From contig JAZDMS010000040.1 of assembly GCA_043800705.1 (NCBI GenBank), positions 10,378 to 74,377 on the forward strand: a stretch of DNA of 64,000 nt. The letters are read 5' to 3'. Below, piece by piece: positions 28,405-36,731 of the stretch. The notes under the pieces were generated by a model, which was not told the DNA's origin, did not search any database, and saw nothing but the letters and a program-made list of their open reading frames with translations. The stretch's first letter is position 1. The number at the start of each line of letters is the position of its first letter. A program made the translations under genes and the position numbers. Source of the stretch: Candidatus Altiarchaeota archaeon. Its GTDB lineage: Archaea > Altiarchaeota > Altiarchaeia > IMC4 > SCGC-AAA252-I15.

Positions 28405-30561
28405 ATGAAGTACAGCATGGATTATTCAAGGATTTTATCAGCCATATTTTTTGTTGCCGTCCTCTTGACCGCCATACCCCCGGCTAGCGCAGCCACCGGC
28501 ATAGACGACATGGAAGTCAGCGTGCCCAATTCGATTGACACAGGCGGTAACTTCGACGTCTTCGTCAAATTCACGGCCGCAGACGACGAGAACAACGCCG
28601 ACGTCGACGTCGGAATAACAGTCGACGGAGTCCTCGTGCATCAGAAGGTCAGGTCCATCGACCTTGTCGACGGGCGCAGCTACAACTTCACAATCAACTC
28701 GAACGACTTCGAGCTGGAAGAGGACGACCTCGGCAGGGTCTGGTCCGAGAACCTCATGAACTACAGATGCGGTGACAACCTGGATGTCGAAGTGACCCTC
28801 TCCGGAGACATTGAAGACACGGTCGAATCAGACAAAATCGACATCAACGGCGACGACGGAGAATTGTCAGTGTCCCTCGACCCAGAGCTGCCAGCAATCG
28901 ACGAGAAGTTCATCGTGGCGGTCATAGACGAGGACGACGACGAACTGAACGGCGCATCCGTCAAACTTACCTGGACGGACTACAACAGCGGGATAGACGA
29001 CGCCACATGGGACGTCGACGACAAATCCAAGATCAAGACGACGGACTCCGACGGAGAGGCCGACTTCAAGATATCGAATGACATGGGCAAGAGCGCATAC
29101 GGCAACTACCAGATAGACGTCACAAAGGCCGACTACTGCAAAGAGACCCTGACTATGTCGGTCCTCAACGGCCTCAACATGAGCGGCCCGACGCCGGCCA
29201 ACCCGAAGGCGGGCGAGCAGTTCAGGGTCAACGTCACCTCCCTCTCGGGGAAGGCTGCAATAGGCCTCATCGTGACCCTCACGCCAGGAAACGTGAAGAG
29301 CCAGGTCCTTCAGGACGGGACAGCCCCGTTCACGATAGCATCGCCCGGGTCATACACGCTCATAGTCGGCGGCGGAACCACCGGGTATGACGAGGTGATG
29401 AAGACCGTCCAGGTCTCGACGAAGTCACAGCTGACGATCGACTTCTCCTCCGCGATGCCGCCTGTCGGCAAGGAGATGACCCTAACGGTCACGGCAAATG
29501 ACGCCCCCGTTGAAGGCGCGACGGTCAAGGTCACTCCGCAGGGCGGCACCGAGCAGACCGTGGGGACGACCTCAAAGGACGGCACCGTAAAATACACCCC
29601 CGCCACATCTGTAAGCTACACGGTGAAGGCCTCAAAGACCACATACGACGAGGCTACCGACACGTTCACCTCAAAGGGGACCTTCCAGATAGAGCTCCCC
29701 CCGGCATCCGACCTCAAGAAGGGCAGCCAGGTGACGGTGACAGTCAAGGACGCATCAGGCAACCCCGTCCCGGCAGCCACGGTCTACGCAGGCCCAGGGA
29801 TCACAGGACCCACGGACACGTCCGGCAAATACACGTTCACGCTGCCTGACGTCGGAACATACACGATCTCCGTCACAAAGGCCGGATACTCGGACGGAAC
29901 GGCGACCCTCAGCACCACCGGCCAGCTGTCCGTCAAAGTCGACAAGAAGGAGATAGCCCTCGGAGACTCGGTAAAGATAACCGTCATGAATTCTAACGGG
30001 CAGCCTGTCGAATCATCCCTGGATATAACCGGCCCGTCCGTAGGCGACACGAAAACCGCATCGGAATACTCCTACACCCCGACCAAAGCCGGAGACTACC
30101 AGGTGCGGGCGTCCAAGGCCAGCTACGGCTCATCATCCGACACCTTCAAGGTATTGTCCAAGACGGTCACAGTGACCTACATGTTCCAGGAGGACAAACT
30201 ATACGTCAACGTGACAAGCGGCGGCAGGCCCCAACAGGGCGTACCCCTGACTGTCACCCTAGGTAACGCATCACTGAAGGCGTCGACTGACTCCACAGGC
30301 ATGGCGAGCGTGCCGGCGAACGAGACAGGCGAATACGTTATCGCAGTCGCAGGCCCCGACTATACGGGAGCCCCGGTGACGGCGCTGAAATCAACGACGG
30401 CGATAATCTCCGATCTGTGGGTGCCAGTCCTCATAGTGCTGGTCGTACTCGTGCTGATCGGCATATTCGCAGTCGTCGCAATCAGCCTGATGCAGCGGCG
30501 CGGAGGCGGCTCGAAGCCCACATTCAAACGCCGCTCCGACGGGACCCACCTGGGACGTTAG
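28405..30561 (+). CDS. Large surface protein with tandem Ig-like domains (paralogue-like to the upstream gene)
   Basis: Signal peptide (ASA), acidic N-terminus, repeated TD.SG / G.Y.I...K.GY motifs, C-terminal TM helix. Confidence 0.8.
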   Translation: MKYSMDYSRILSAIFFVAVLLTAIPPASAATGIDDMEVSVPNSIDTGGNFDVFVKFTAADDENNADVDVGITVDGVLVHQKVRSIDLVDGRSYNFTINSNDFELEEDDLGRVWSENLMNYRCGDNLDVEVTLSGDIEDTVESDKIDINGDDGELSVSLDPELPAIDEKFIVAVIDEDDDELNGASVKLTWTDYNSGIDDATWDVDDKSKIKTTDSDGEADFKISNDMGKSAYGNYQIDVTKADYCKETLTMSVLNGLNMSGPTPANPKAGEQFRVNVTSLSGKAAIGLIVTLTPGNVKSQVLQDGTAPFTIASPGSYTLIVGGGTTGYDEVMKTVQVSTKSQLTIDFSSAMPPVGKEMTLTVTANDAPVEGATVKVTPQGGTEQTVGTTSKDGTVKYTPATSVSYTVKASKTTYDEATDTFTSKGTFQIELPPASDLKKGSQVTVTVKDASGNPVPAATVYAGPGITGPTDTSGKYTFTLPDVGTYTISVTKAGYSDGTATLSTTGQLSVKVDKKEIALGDSVKITVMNSNGQPVESSLDITGPSVGDTKTASEYSYTPTKAGDYQVRASKASYGSSSDTFKVLSKTVTVTYMFQEDKLYVNVTSGGRPQQGVPLTVTLGNASLKASTDSTGMASVPANETGEYVIAVAGPDYTGAPVTALKSTTAIISDLWVPVLIVLVVLVLIGIFAVVAISLMQRRGGGSKPTFKRRSDGTHLGR

Positions 30562-30562
30562 C

Positions 30563-30677
30563 GGTCTTCGGTTCTCGGTTCTCGGTTTTCCGTCAAGACT
30601 GAAAACTGAGAACTGAAAACTGAAAACTGAAAACTGCAGACAGGAAACCGCAGACCGTGGGCTGAAGGCCGTGGACC
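30563..30677 (+). repeat. Palindromic heptamer-repeat element, copy A
   Basis: (GGTTYTC)n-CGTCAAGACT-(GAAAACT)n starting right after a stop codon. Confidence 0.85.
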
Positions 30678-30720
30678 TCCTATTTTAAGCCTTATTCTCC
30701 TATTCTTTCTGGATACCATC

Positions 30721-31797
30721 ATGCACCTTGTCACAAACGTACTCGGATCCTTCGTCATAAAGAACGGGAATATAATCCTGCAGGCCCTTTTCCCGCAGGA
30801 TGCGATACAGGTCGCAGAAAGGCTGCGCAAGACGGAGAGATCCTTCTGCCTGGAGGAGGCAAAGCTGATAAGGGAGCTGGTCGCGACCGGGAACAGGAAG
30901 GTCGAAGTCAACAATCCCCCAAGGTTCTCGGGATCCGGGCTCAACATGGCATTCGTCAACGAGGCCGAAAGGATCTCGGTATACAAGATAGCGACGGACC
31001 TCTACCTCGACCGCAGGGACGTCGATTCCATGGTCCGGAAGGTCAACCGCCTCCTGGTCCGCGAACGAATGAAGGAAGTCGACAAAGACCAGATCCTCAT
31101 GCAGGCCGTCGACAGCCTCAACGACATAGACGAGGCCGTGAACCGCCTCGTCGAACGCCTCAGGGAATGGTACTCACTGCACTTCCCCGAACTGGACTAC
31201 ATGGTCGCCGCACACGACACATACGCCCGTCTCGTCGCCGAAGTCGGGGAAAGAGGCAACTTCGCATCAGCCAAGCTCAACTTCGAGCCGAAGCTGACCG
31301 ACAGGATAATCAAATCCACCGGGGACTCGATGGGGGTCGCATTCGACGAAAAAGACATCAAAGCGGTACAAACCCTGGCCAAACCGATACTCCACCTGTA
31401 CCAGACCCAGAAGGAGGTCGAGGACTACATAGGGGAACTCATGCAGGATGTGGCGCCCAACATCAGCGCCCTCGCGGGAGCCGTCCTCGGGGCAAGGCTC
31501 ATATCGCTCGCACACGGCCTCCAAAGGCTAGCGACCCTCCCCGCCGGCACCATACAGCTCCTCGGCGCAGAGGACGCATTCTTCAGGTTCCTCAAGACCG
31601 GGAAGAAGCCTCCGAAGCACGGCATCATATTCCAGCTGCCTGCGATTAGGGGGGCCAGCCGCAACACAAGAGGGAAGATATCTCGCACATTCGCCGCCAA
31701 ACTCGCGATAGCGGCCAAAGTAGACGCCTTTAAAGGCCAATTCATAGGCGACAAACTGAAAGCCGACCTAGAAAAGAGGATAGCATCCCTGAAATAG
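30721..31797 (+). CDS. nop5: C/D box sRNP protein Nop5 (Nop56/58)
   Basis: ERLREWYSLHFPEL, APNISALAG, PAGTIQLLGAE and PPKHGIIF motifs. Confidence 0.95.
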   Translation: MHLVTNVLGSFVIKNGNIILQALFPQDAIQVAERLRKTERSFCLEEAKLIRELVATGNRKVEVNNPPRFSGSGLNMAFVNEAERISVYKIATDLYLDRRDVDSMVRKVNRLLVRERMKEVDKDQILMQAVDSLNDIDEAVNRLVERLREWYSLHFPELDYMVAAHDTYARLVAEVGERGNFASAKLNFEPKLTDRIIKSTGDSMGVAFDEKDIKAVQTLAKPILHLYQTQKEVEDYIGELMQDVAPNISALAGAVLGARLISLAHGLQRLATLPAGTIQLLGAEDAFFRFLKTGKKPPKHGIIFQLPAIRGASRNTRGKISRTFAAKLAIAAKVDAFKGQFIGDKLKADLEKRIASLK

Positions 31798-31803
31798 GCC
31801 CCC

Positions 31804-32451
31804 TCAGAGGCCTCTGAGAAGCCTCATACCAGCAATGCTAGTCCATCCTGCCAGTATCAACGCCTCTATGAACTCTGGCACTGCGAAACCGACGCCCAGC
31901 ATGTCGTCGACGCGAAACCAATACGCCGAACCTATCACTGCCAGAGCCGACAATCCGGCTCCTATGGAAAGATAGCCGGTACCCGCCTCCCTCAAACGCA
32001 GGAGGCCGACCCCTGCAGACACCATCCCAAGGGGGTAGGCTATGAAATATACCGCAGAGACCAGGATGTGGGCGTTCAATGACTCCTCGGTGTATACTCC
32101 GACAAGGGCGAGGCCGACAGCCCCGGACAATAGCAGGACTGCAGTGGGCCTGATGAGCCCGCTCCTGCGATGCCTATGGACGAAGCCCAGTATGAAAAGG
32201 CAGCTCAAGATCCCAGCTATGATGAGGCAGCCGTTGAAGATCCACCCATGGCCGGTGACTCCCAGGTCGCTCAAAGCATTGGACCTCCAGCTGAAACCCC
32301 CGTCATCTCCCCGGGCTATCCACACGTTAACCCGGTATGGGACGGTTTCCGAACAACCCGGCCCGCAGGCCGCGACCGCTGCCAAGACGCCGAACACCCC
32401 GATCAAAGAGGCAATCACGCCACACAAACCAGCCAATCGGAGCATTTCCAC
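31804..32451 (-). CDS. DUF998-like membrane protein
   Basis: FSWRSNALSDLG, FN..LI.AG, GVYTE..H, AVPE pattern. Confidence 0.7.
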   Translation of the reverse strand: MEMLRLAGLCGVIASLIGVFGVLAAVAACGPGCSETVPYRVNVWIARGDDGGFSWRSNALSDLGVTGHGWIFNGCLIIAGILSCLFILGFVHRHRRSGLIRPTAVLLLSGAVGLALVGVYTEESLNAHILVSAVYFIAYPLGMVSAGVGLLRLREAGTGYLSIGAGLSALAVIGSAYWFRVDDMLGVGFAVPEFIEALILAGWTSIAGMRLLRGL

Positions 32452-32519
32452 AGATAGGATATGGGAATAAGGATATTATACCGTCCATCCGAGCTCAGCC
32501 CTTTCTTGCGAAGAATCCG

Positions 32520-32559
32520 GAAAGCTGCGCTTTCTGTCGCCGCGGAACTGCGTTCCGCG
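32520..32559. repeat. Pair of REP-like short palindromes
   Basis: GAAAGC-TGC-GCTTTC and CGCGGAAC-TGC-GTTCCGCG. Confidence 0.6.
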
Positions 32560-32572
32560 TAATCGCTAGCGG

Positions 32573-32719
32573 AAAGAAACATATTCGGTTGATATGTGCA
32601 TGTTTGTCCATCAGCAGCTACCCTTGTCGCAAACTTTTCTTTTGTAAAGAAAAGTTTGACCAAAAGAAACATATTCGGTTGATATATGCATATCTGTCCA
32701 TCAGCAGCTACCCTTGTCG
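32573..32719. repeat. 57-bp direct repeat (90-bp period) separated by a perfect 13-bp hairpin
   Basis: 32573-32629 versus 32663-32719 is 54/57 identical; CAAACTTTTCTTT-TGT-AAAGAAAAGTTTG at 32630-32658. Confidence 0.85.
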
Positions 32720-32755
32720 TCACTGGTCGGACTACTTCGCTGTCATCACATGAAC
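32696..32755 (-). ncRNA. C/D box methylation-guide sRNA
   Basis: GTGATGA (C) - 12 nt - CCGA (D') - TGACGA (C') - 12 nt - CTGA (D), terminal stem GTTCA/TGGAC. Confidence 0.8.
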
Positions 32756-32950
32756 AATTATACTAAGCATACTGGCTATATATCCGGAACAGTGGCCTCA
32801 TTTTGCCCCAGTGCTAACCTTCCCCTCCTCCTTGAACATTATCCGAACGCTTCGCCGCTTTTATACTATTCCTCCAATAACTAAACCTATTCAGGAGGGG
32901 GGGTGAATAACACTACCTCTCTGATAAGTCAAATTGAGGTGAAAAGAAAA

Positions 32951-33157
32951 ATGGCTGACATATGGGGAGAAGTTGGAACATCCGCTGGAAAGCTATGGAC
33001 CGCATTGAACAATGGAAAGCCCGCAACCTTGGCTGAAGTCAAGAAAAAAACAGGGCTCGACGACAACATGATGGCTATGGCCATCGGATGGCTGGCCCGC
33101 GAAGAAAAAGTAATCATCGACCGCAAAGGCGCAGTAGTCTCGGTCAAGCTAAAATAG
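32951..33157 (+). CDS. Winged-helix protein (DUF2582-like)
   Basis: VG..AGKLW..L ... MAIGWLAREEK pattern. Confidence 0.8.
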   Translation: MADIWGEVGTSAGKLWTALNNGKPATLAEVKKKTGLDDNMMAMAIGWLAREEKVIIDRKGAVVSVKLK

Positions 33158-33191
33158 GGATAAAAATACTCATCTAGGGGGGTGAGGGGTA

Positions 33192-34358
33192 ATGCGCATA
33201 GCAGTATTCTCATGGGAGACGCTAAATTCCATACCTGTGGGGGGAGTAGCAGCCGTAGTCACGCAGCTGTCAGAGGCCCTTGCCGCAGGCGGTGACGAAG
33301 TCCACGTCTTCACGCGGATGTCGGAAGGCAAACAGGAGCATGAGCGGATAAACGGCGTCTGGGAACACCGCTGCCTCTGCCCCGCATGCGACGACTTCAT
33401 CGAATACATGGACCACATGTGCGACAGCCTCGTCTCATGCTTCCACTGGGCAGAAGAGAAATACGGCAGATTCGACGCCGTACACGGCCACGACTGGCAC
33501 GTCGTCAACGCCCTCGCGAACATAAAGGCGAACAAGGGCTACACGAACGTCGTCTGGACCGCCCACAGCACAGAATACGGCAGAAACGGCAACAACTACG
33601 CAGACAACTGGTTCTCGGCAAGGATCCGCCACAGGGAATGGCTCGGCGGCTACATATCCTGCAAAGTAACGACAGTATCCCACATCATGCGAAACGAGCT
33701 CGGCCGCGAATACCAGATACCAGAGAACAAGGTCACAGTCATCTACAACGGCACCAACGTCAAAAAGTTCGAGGGCACCGTCGACGCAGGGCGGATAAAG
33801 GAAAGATACGGCTTCCACCCCCTCGACCCGCTGATACTCTTCTTCGGCCGCGTAGCCTACCAGAAAGGCCCCGACCTCCTATTGGAGGCGATGCCCGACG
33901 TCATACGCGAGTACTACAACGCAAGGCTCATCTTCGCAGGCTCGGGCGACATGATAGAACACCTCAAAGGCAGGGCAGCGTACCTCGGCGTGGGGGATAA
34001 GATGCGGGTCCTCGGCTACGTCAACGAGAAGACGAAGCTCGAGCTCTTCAAGTCATGCGACCTCGTCTGCGTCCCATCAAGGAACGAACCCTTCGGCATA
34101 ATCACCCTCGAAGCCTGGGCCTGCGGCAAACCCGTCGTCGCATGCGACGTCGGAGGCCCATCCGAGATAATCGACAACTTCAGGACCGGAGTGAAGGTCA
34201 ACATTACGCCGGAGAGCATCGCGTGGGGGATAAAATACCTCCTCGGCGACCGAAGCGGCCAAAGCCTGATGAAGATGGGCGCAGCCTGCCGCAAAGAGGC
34301 CGAAAAATACGACTGGAGAGAGCTCGCAAAACAATACCAGGCAGTATACCGGGCATAG
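33192..34358 (+). CDS. GT4 glycosyltransferase (glycogen-associated)
   Basis: SWE...VGG, HGHDW, HSTE.GR, FFGR..QKG and EPFGIITLEA motifs. Confidence 0.9.
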   Translation: MRIAVFSWETLNSIPVGGVAAVVTQLSEALAAGGDEVHVFTRMSEGKQEHERINGVWEHRCLCPACDDFIEYMDHMCDSLVSCFHWAEEKYGRFDAVHGHDWHVVNALANIKANKGYTNVVWTAHSTEYGRNGNNYADNWFSARIRHREWLGGYISCKVTTVSHIMRNELGREYQIPENKVTVIYNGTNVKKFEGTVDAGRIKERYGFHPLDPLILFFGRVAYQKGPDLLLEAMPDVIREYYNARLIFAGSGDMIEHLKGRAAYLGVGDKMRVLGYVNEKTKLELFKSCDLVCVPSRNEPFGIITLEAWACGKPVVACDVGGPSEIIDNFRTGVKVNITPESIAWGIKYLLGDRSGQSLMKMGAACRKEAEKYDWRELAKQYQAVYRA

Positions 34359-34398
34359 GAGTGGATAAACTATAATGACCGCCTTCTTTTTGCCGAAT

Positions 34399-35025
34399 TT
34401 ATGCCTTCAATATCCCCAAAAGATGCTGTTTAACGGCATCTATGTCCCTTTTTAGATGTCCCTTAGCCTTCAGGGACTCCAGATCTTCGATGACTGATTC
34501 GAGTTTTTCCCGAAGATCATGCTGGGTGACTCTTCTCTTGAAGTACTCGTAGTCAAACCTCCCGAGGTGAGTCTGGGAAAGAATCACTGACATGCTGCCT
34601 ATTTCATCCGATTCGGAACCTTTGATCGCGAGTTTGGACGCCGCTAAATCCTCAGCTGAGATGAAATTCACAGCGACGCCTTCAAACTCCTCAGTTTGTC
34701 TGCGTCTCCATGCCTCATCGTCGAATTCGAACCCGTCCACCTTTACCCAGAAACCCGCCTCCCCTGCATCAGACCTGAAAACAGTGTAGGAGTTACCCAG
34801 GAATTCCCTGAAGGATTTGCCCTCGACCTGCGAGAAACCCGCATCTTCAAGGGATTAAAAAAGGGAATCCTTTACCGTAGATCTGTCCAATGCGACCTCC
34901 AAGTCGAACGTCGCCATTGGCGTCCCATATTTTACGCTTGCCAAGCCGCCGATGACGAGATATCTAACGCACTCTTCCTCTAAGAGCCGACCTAAGCTCC
35001 GAAGCAAACTCCCCATCCTGGCCAT
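34399..35025 (-). pseudogene. Nucleotidyltransferase-like pseudogene
   Basis: MARMGSL...YLVIGGLA..YGTPMATFDLE, in-frame TAA at 34855-34857, continues to ISAEDLAASKL. Confidence 0.7.
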
Positions 35026-35154
35026 CTTCCCTCAGCCTGTCGAACTCGGCGAGCCTCCTGCGCCAATCACATCTTCCTGCCATCTCAAGGCATCGAAGAA
35101 GCCGCATCCGCCGACGATCCATAAGATAATACCTGCCTAAACCGAAATAAAAAG

Positions 35155-36426
35155 TCAAACCCCATTTTTCGGTTTTTTCACGGTCTTTTCGGCCTTTTTC
35201 CCGGATCCTCCGTTTTCGAGGTTGTATCTGACCACCTTCTCCTTGAAATCCATTATCGCCGCGTGGTAGTTGAGGCCCGCGTCGAACGGGTTGCCGTGGT
35301 GGCTGAAGTACTCGTGGACGGAGCCGTCGCCCATCCCCTTCGTGCACATGTAGTAATAGTGGTCGCTTATCTGGAACATCTTCCACACCTTCATCATCTC
35401 CGGGTTCTTGGAGGCCCTCACGTCGTTTTCCATCTCCTTCAGCCTGGAGAAGTTCAAATGCTGCATGTGGTTGCCGAGCCATGCGCTGGCGTCCCGCTCC
35501 ATGTCAGCCCAGCTGACTGTCTCATACCAGGGGACCGTGATCTCCCCCCTCGGATAATACCTGTCCGCGACCTCGCTCGGCGTGTTGAACTCCAGGTTCT
35601 GCTTCTCCAGTATCTTATGCGGCATCGCATCCAGGAAGTGGAATATGCCAGTGTCCTCCCACTGGTGTTCGCCGAAGGTCTCATAGTCCATGAAGATGTT
35701 GATCGTGTCCTCGGCCGACCAGCTCAGCCAGTCCGCATACTTCTCCGCGGAAAGCGGCCAACCCGGCCACCACTTCGCGCTGAAACGGTATCCGACGTCG
35801 TCGGAGAGCTTGTAATTCCTCAAAAGGACCTTCAGCTTCCCCCCCTTCCTCGTATAGACGAAATTAGGGCTTCTCCACCCGTCCAAGACCCTCTCGATCC
35901 CCTCGGTGAGTATGGCCTTGAACCCCATCTCCTCAGCCTCCTTCGCGATCGTGTCGTGGTACAGGAGCTCCGTGTTCCTGAACACCTTCGGCTTCTGGCC
36001 GAGGTAGTCCTTCACCATCTGCTGGTGCTCCAATACCTGCTCCCTGAACTCCTCCCTCTGCTCGAAGAGGCTCGCCAAGGAATGGTACCTGGTCTCGTTG
36101 ATGAACTCGCAGCAGCCGGACTTCCCCAACTGCCTGAAAAGGTCCAAAAGGTCCGGCTCCCACCTCTCCATCTGCTCTAAAATGGAACCGGAAAGCGAAT
36201 ACGAGACCTTGAACTTCCTGTTCTGGCCTTTGAGGCGGTCGATGTTGGCCATGATGTTCTTCGTCGCAGGCCAATAACACTTCTTCGCCACCTTATGCAA
36301 AGTCCACTCATTGAGGCCGTTGTCGAAATAATAGTCCTCTAGGCCGTTCTTCGGGACCCCATTCGGCCAGAACCACTTCAGACGAAACGGCTGGTGGACT
36401 TGAAAATATAAGCAGACGGATGTCAT
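35155..36426 (-). CDS. GH57 alpha-amylase
   Basis: FQVHQP, ETRYHSL, FRNTEL, MDYETFGEH, SWAD and SDHYYYM motifs. Confidence 0.95.
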   Translation of the reverse strand: MTSVCLYFQVHQPFRLKWFWPNGVPKNGLEDYYFDNGLNEWTLHKVAKKCYWPATKNIMANIDRLKGQNRKFKVSYSLSGSILEQMERWEPDLLDLFRQLGKSGCCEFINETRYHSLASLFEQREEFREQVLEHQQMVKDYLGQKPKVFRNTELLYHDTIAKEAEEMGFKAILTEGIERVLDGWRSPNFVYTRKGGKLKVLLRNYKLSDDVGYRFSAKWWPGWPLSAEKYADWLSWSAEDTINIFMDYETFGEHQWEDTGIFHFLDAMPHKILEKQNLEFNTPSEVADRYYPRGEITVPWYETVSWADMERDASAWLGNHMQHLNFSRLKEMENDVRASKNPEMMKVWKMFQISDHYYYMCTKGMGDGSVHEYFSHHGNPFDAGLNYHAAIMDFKEKVVRYNLENGGSGKKAEKTVKKPKNGV

Positions 36427-36466
36427 ATCACTCCCCCCGCTTTATTCGGCCCCTCTTTCTTTTTCG

Positions 36467-36505
36467 CCAGCGTTTTTCTTTCTGGGAGAGAAAGAAAAAG
36501 GCTGG
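36467..36505. repeat. TTTTTCTTT/AAAGAAAAA hairpin element
   Basis: CCAGC-G-TTTTTCTTTCT...AGAAAGAAAAA-G-GCTGG; resembles 32630-32669. Confidence 0.65.
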
Positions 36506-36509
36506 GCTT

Positions 36510-36566
36510 GAACCACTTCAACCTGAACGGCTGATGGACTTGAAAGTATAGGCAGACTGAAGTCAT
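36510..36566 (-). repeat. Synonymously diverged copy of the first 19 codons of the GH57 gene
   Basis: MTSVCLYFQVHQPFRLKWF is encoded at both 36566-36510 and 36426-36370. Confidence 0.9.
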
Positions 36567-36731
36567 AACACAACCCCCTCACGGCCTAGATGACAGATGC
36601 TGAACGAATATATCACCAATACACCCCCTAAAAATTCCCCCTAAAAACGACTGTAGAATCATTAGGCGGACGGATATAAAAGGAGAAGATTGCTTTTCGG
36701 CAGTTTTACGCCTATTGGGCCTTGTAGGCTT

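Noticed and set aside
30558-30986. ORFs translating the repeat element (also 42945..43442 and 59811..60008)
   Set aside because: They are antisense to real genes or built from repeat-derived peptides (FSVFSSQFSV, TENREP)
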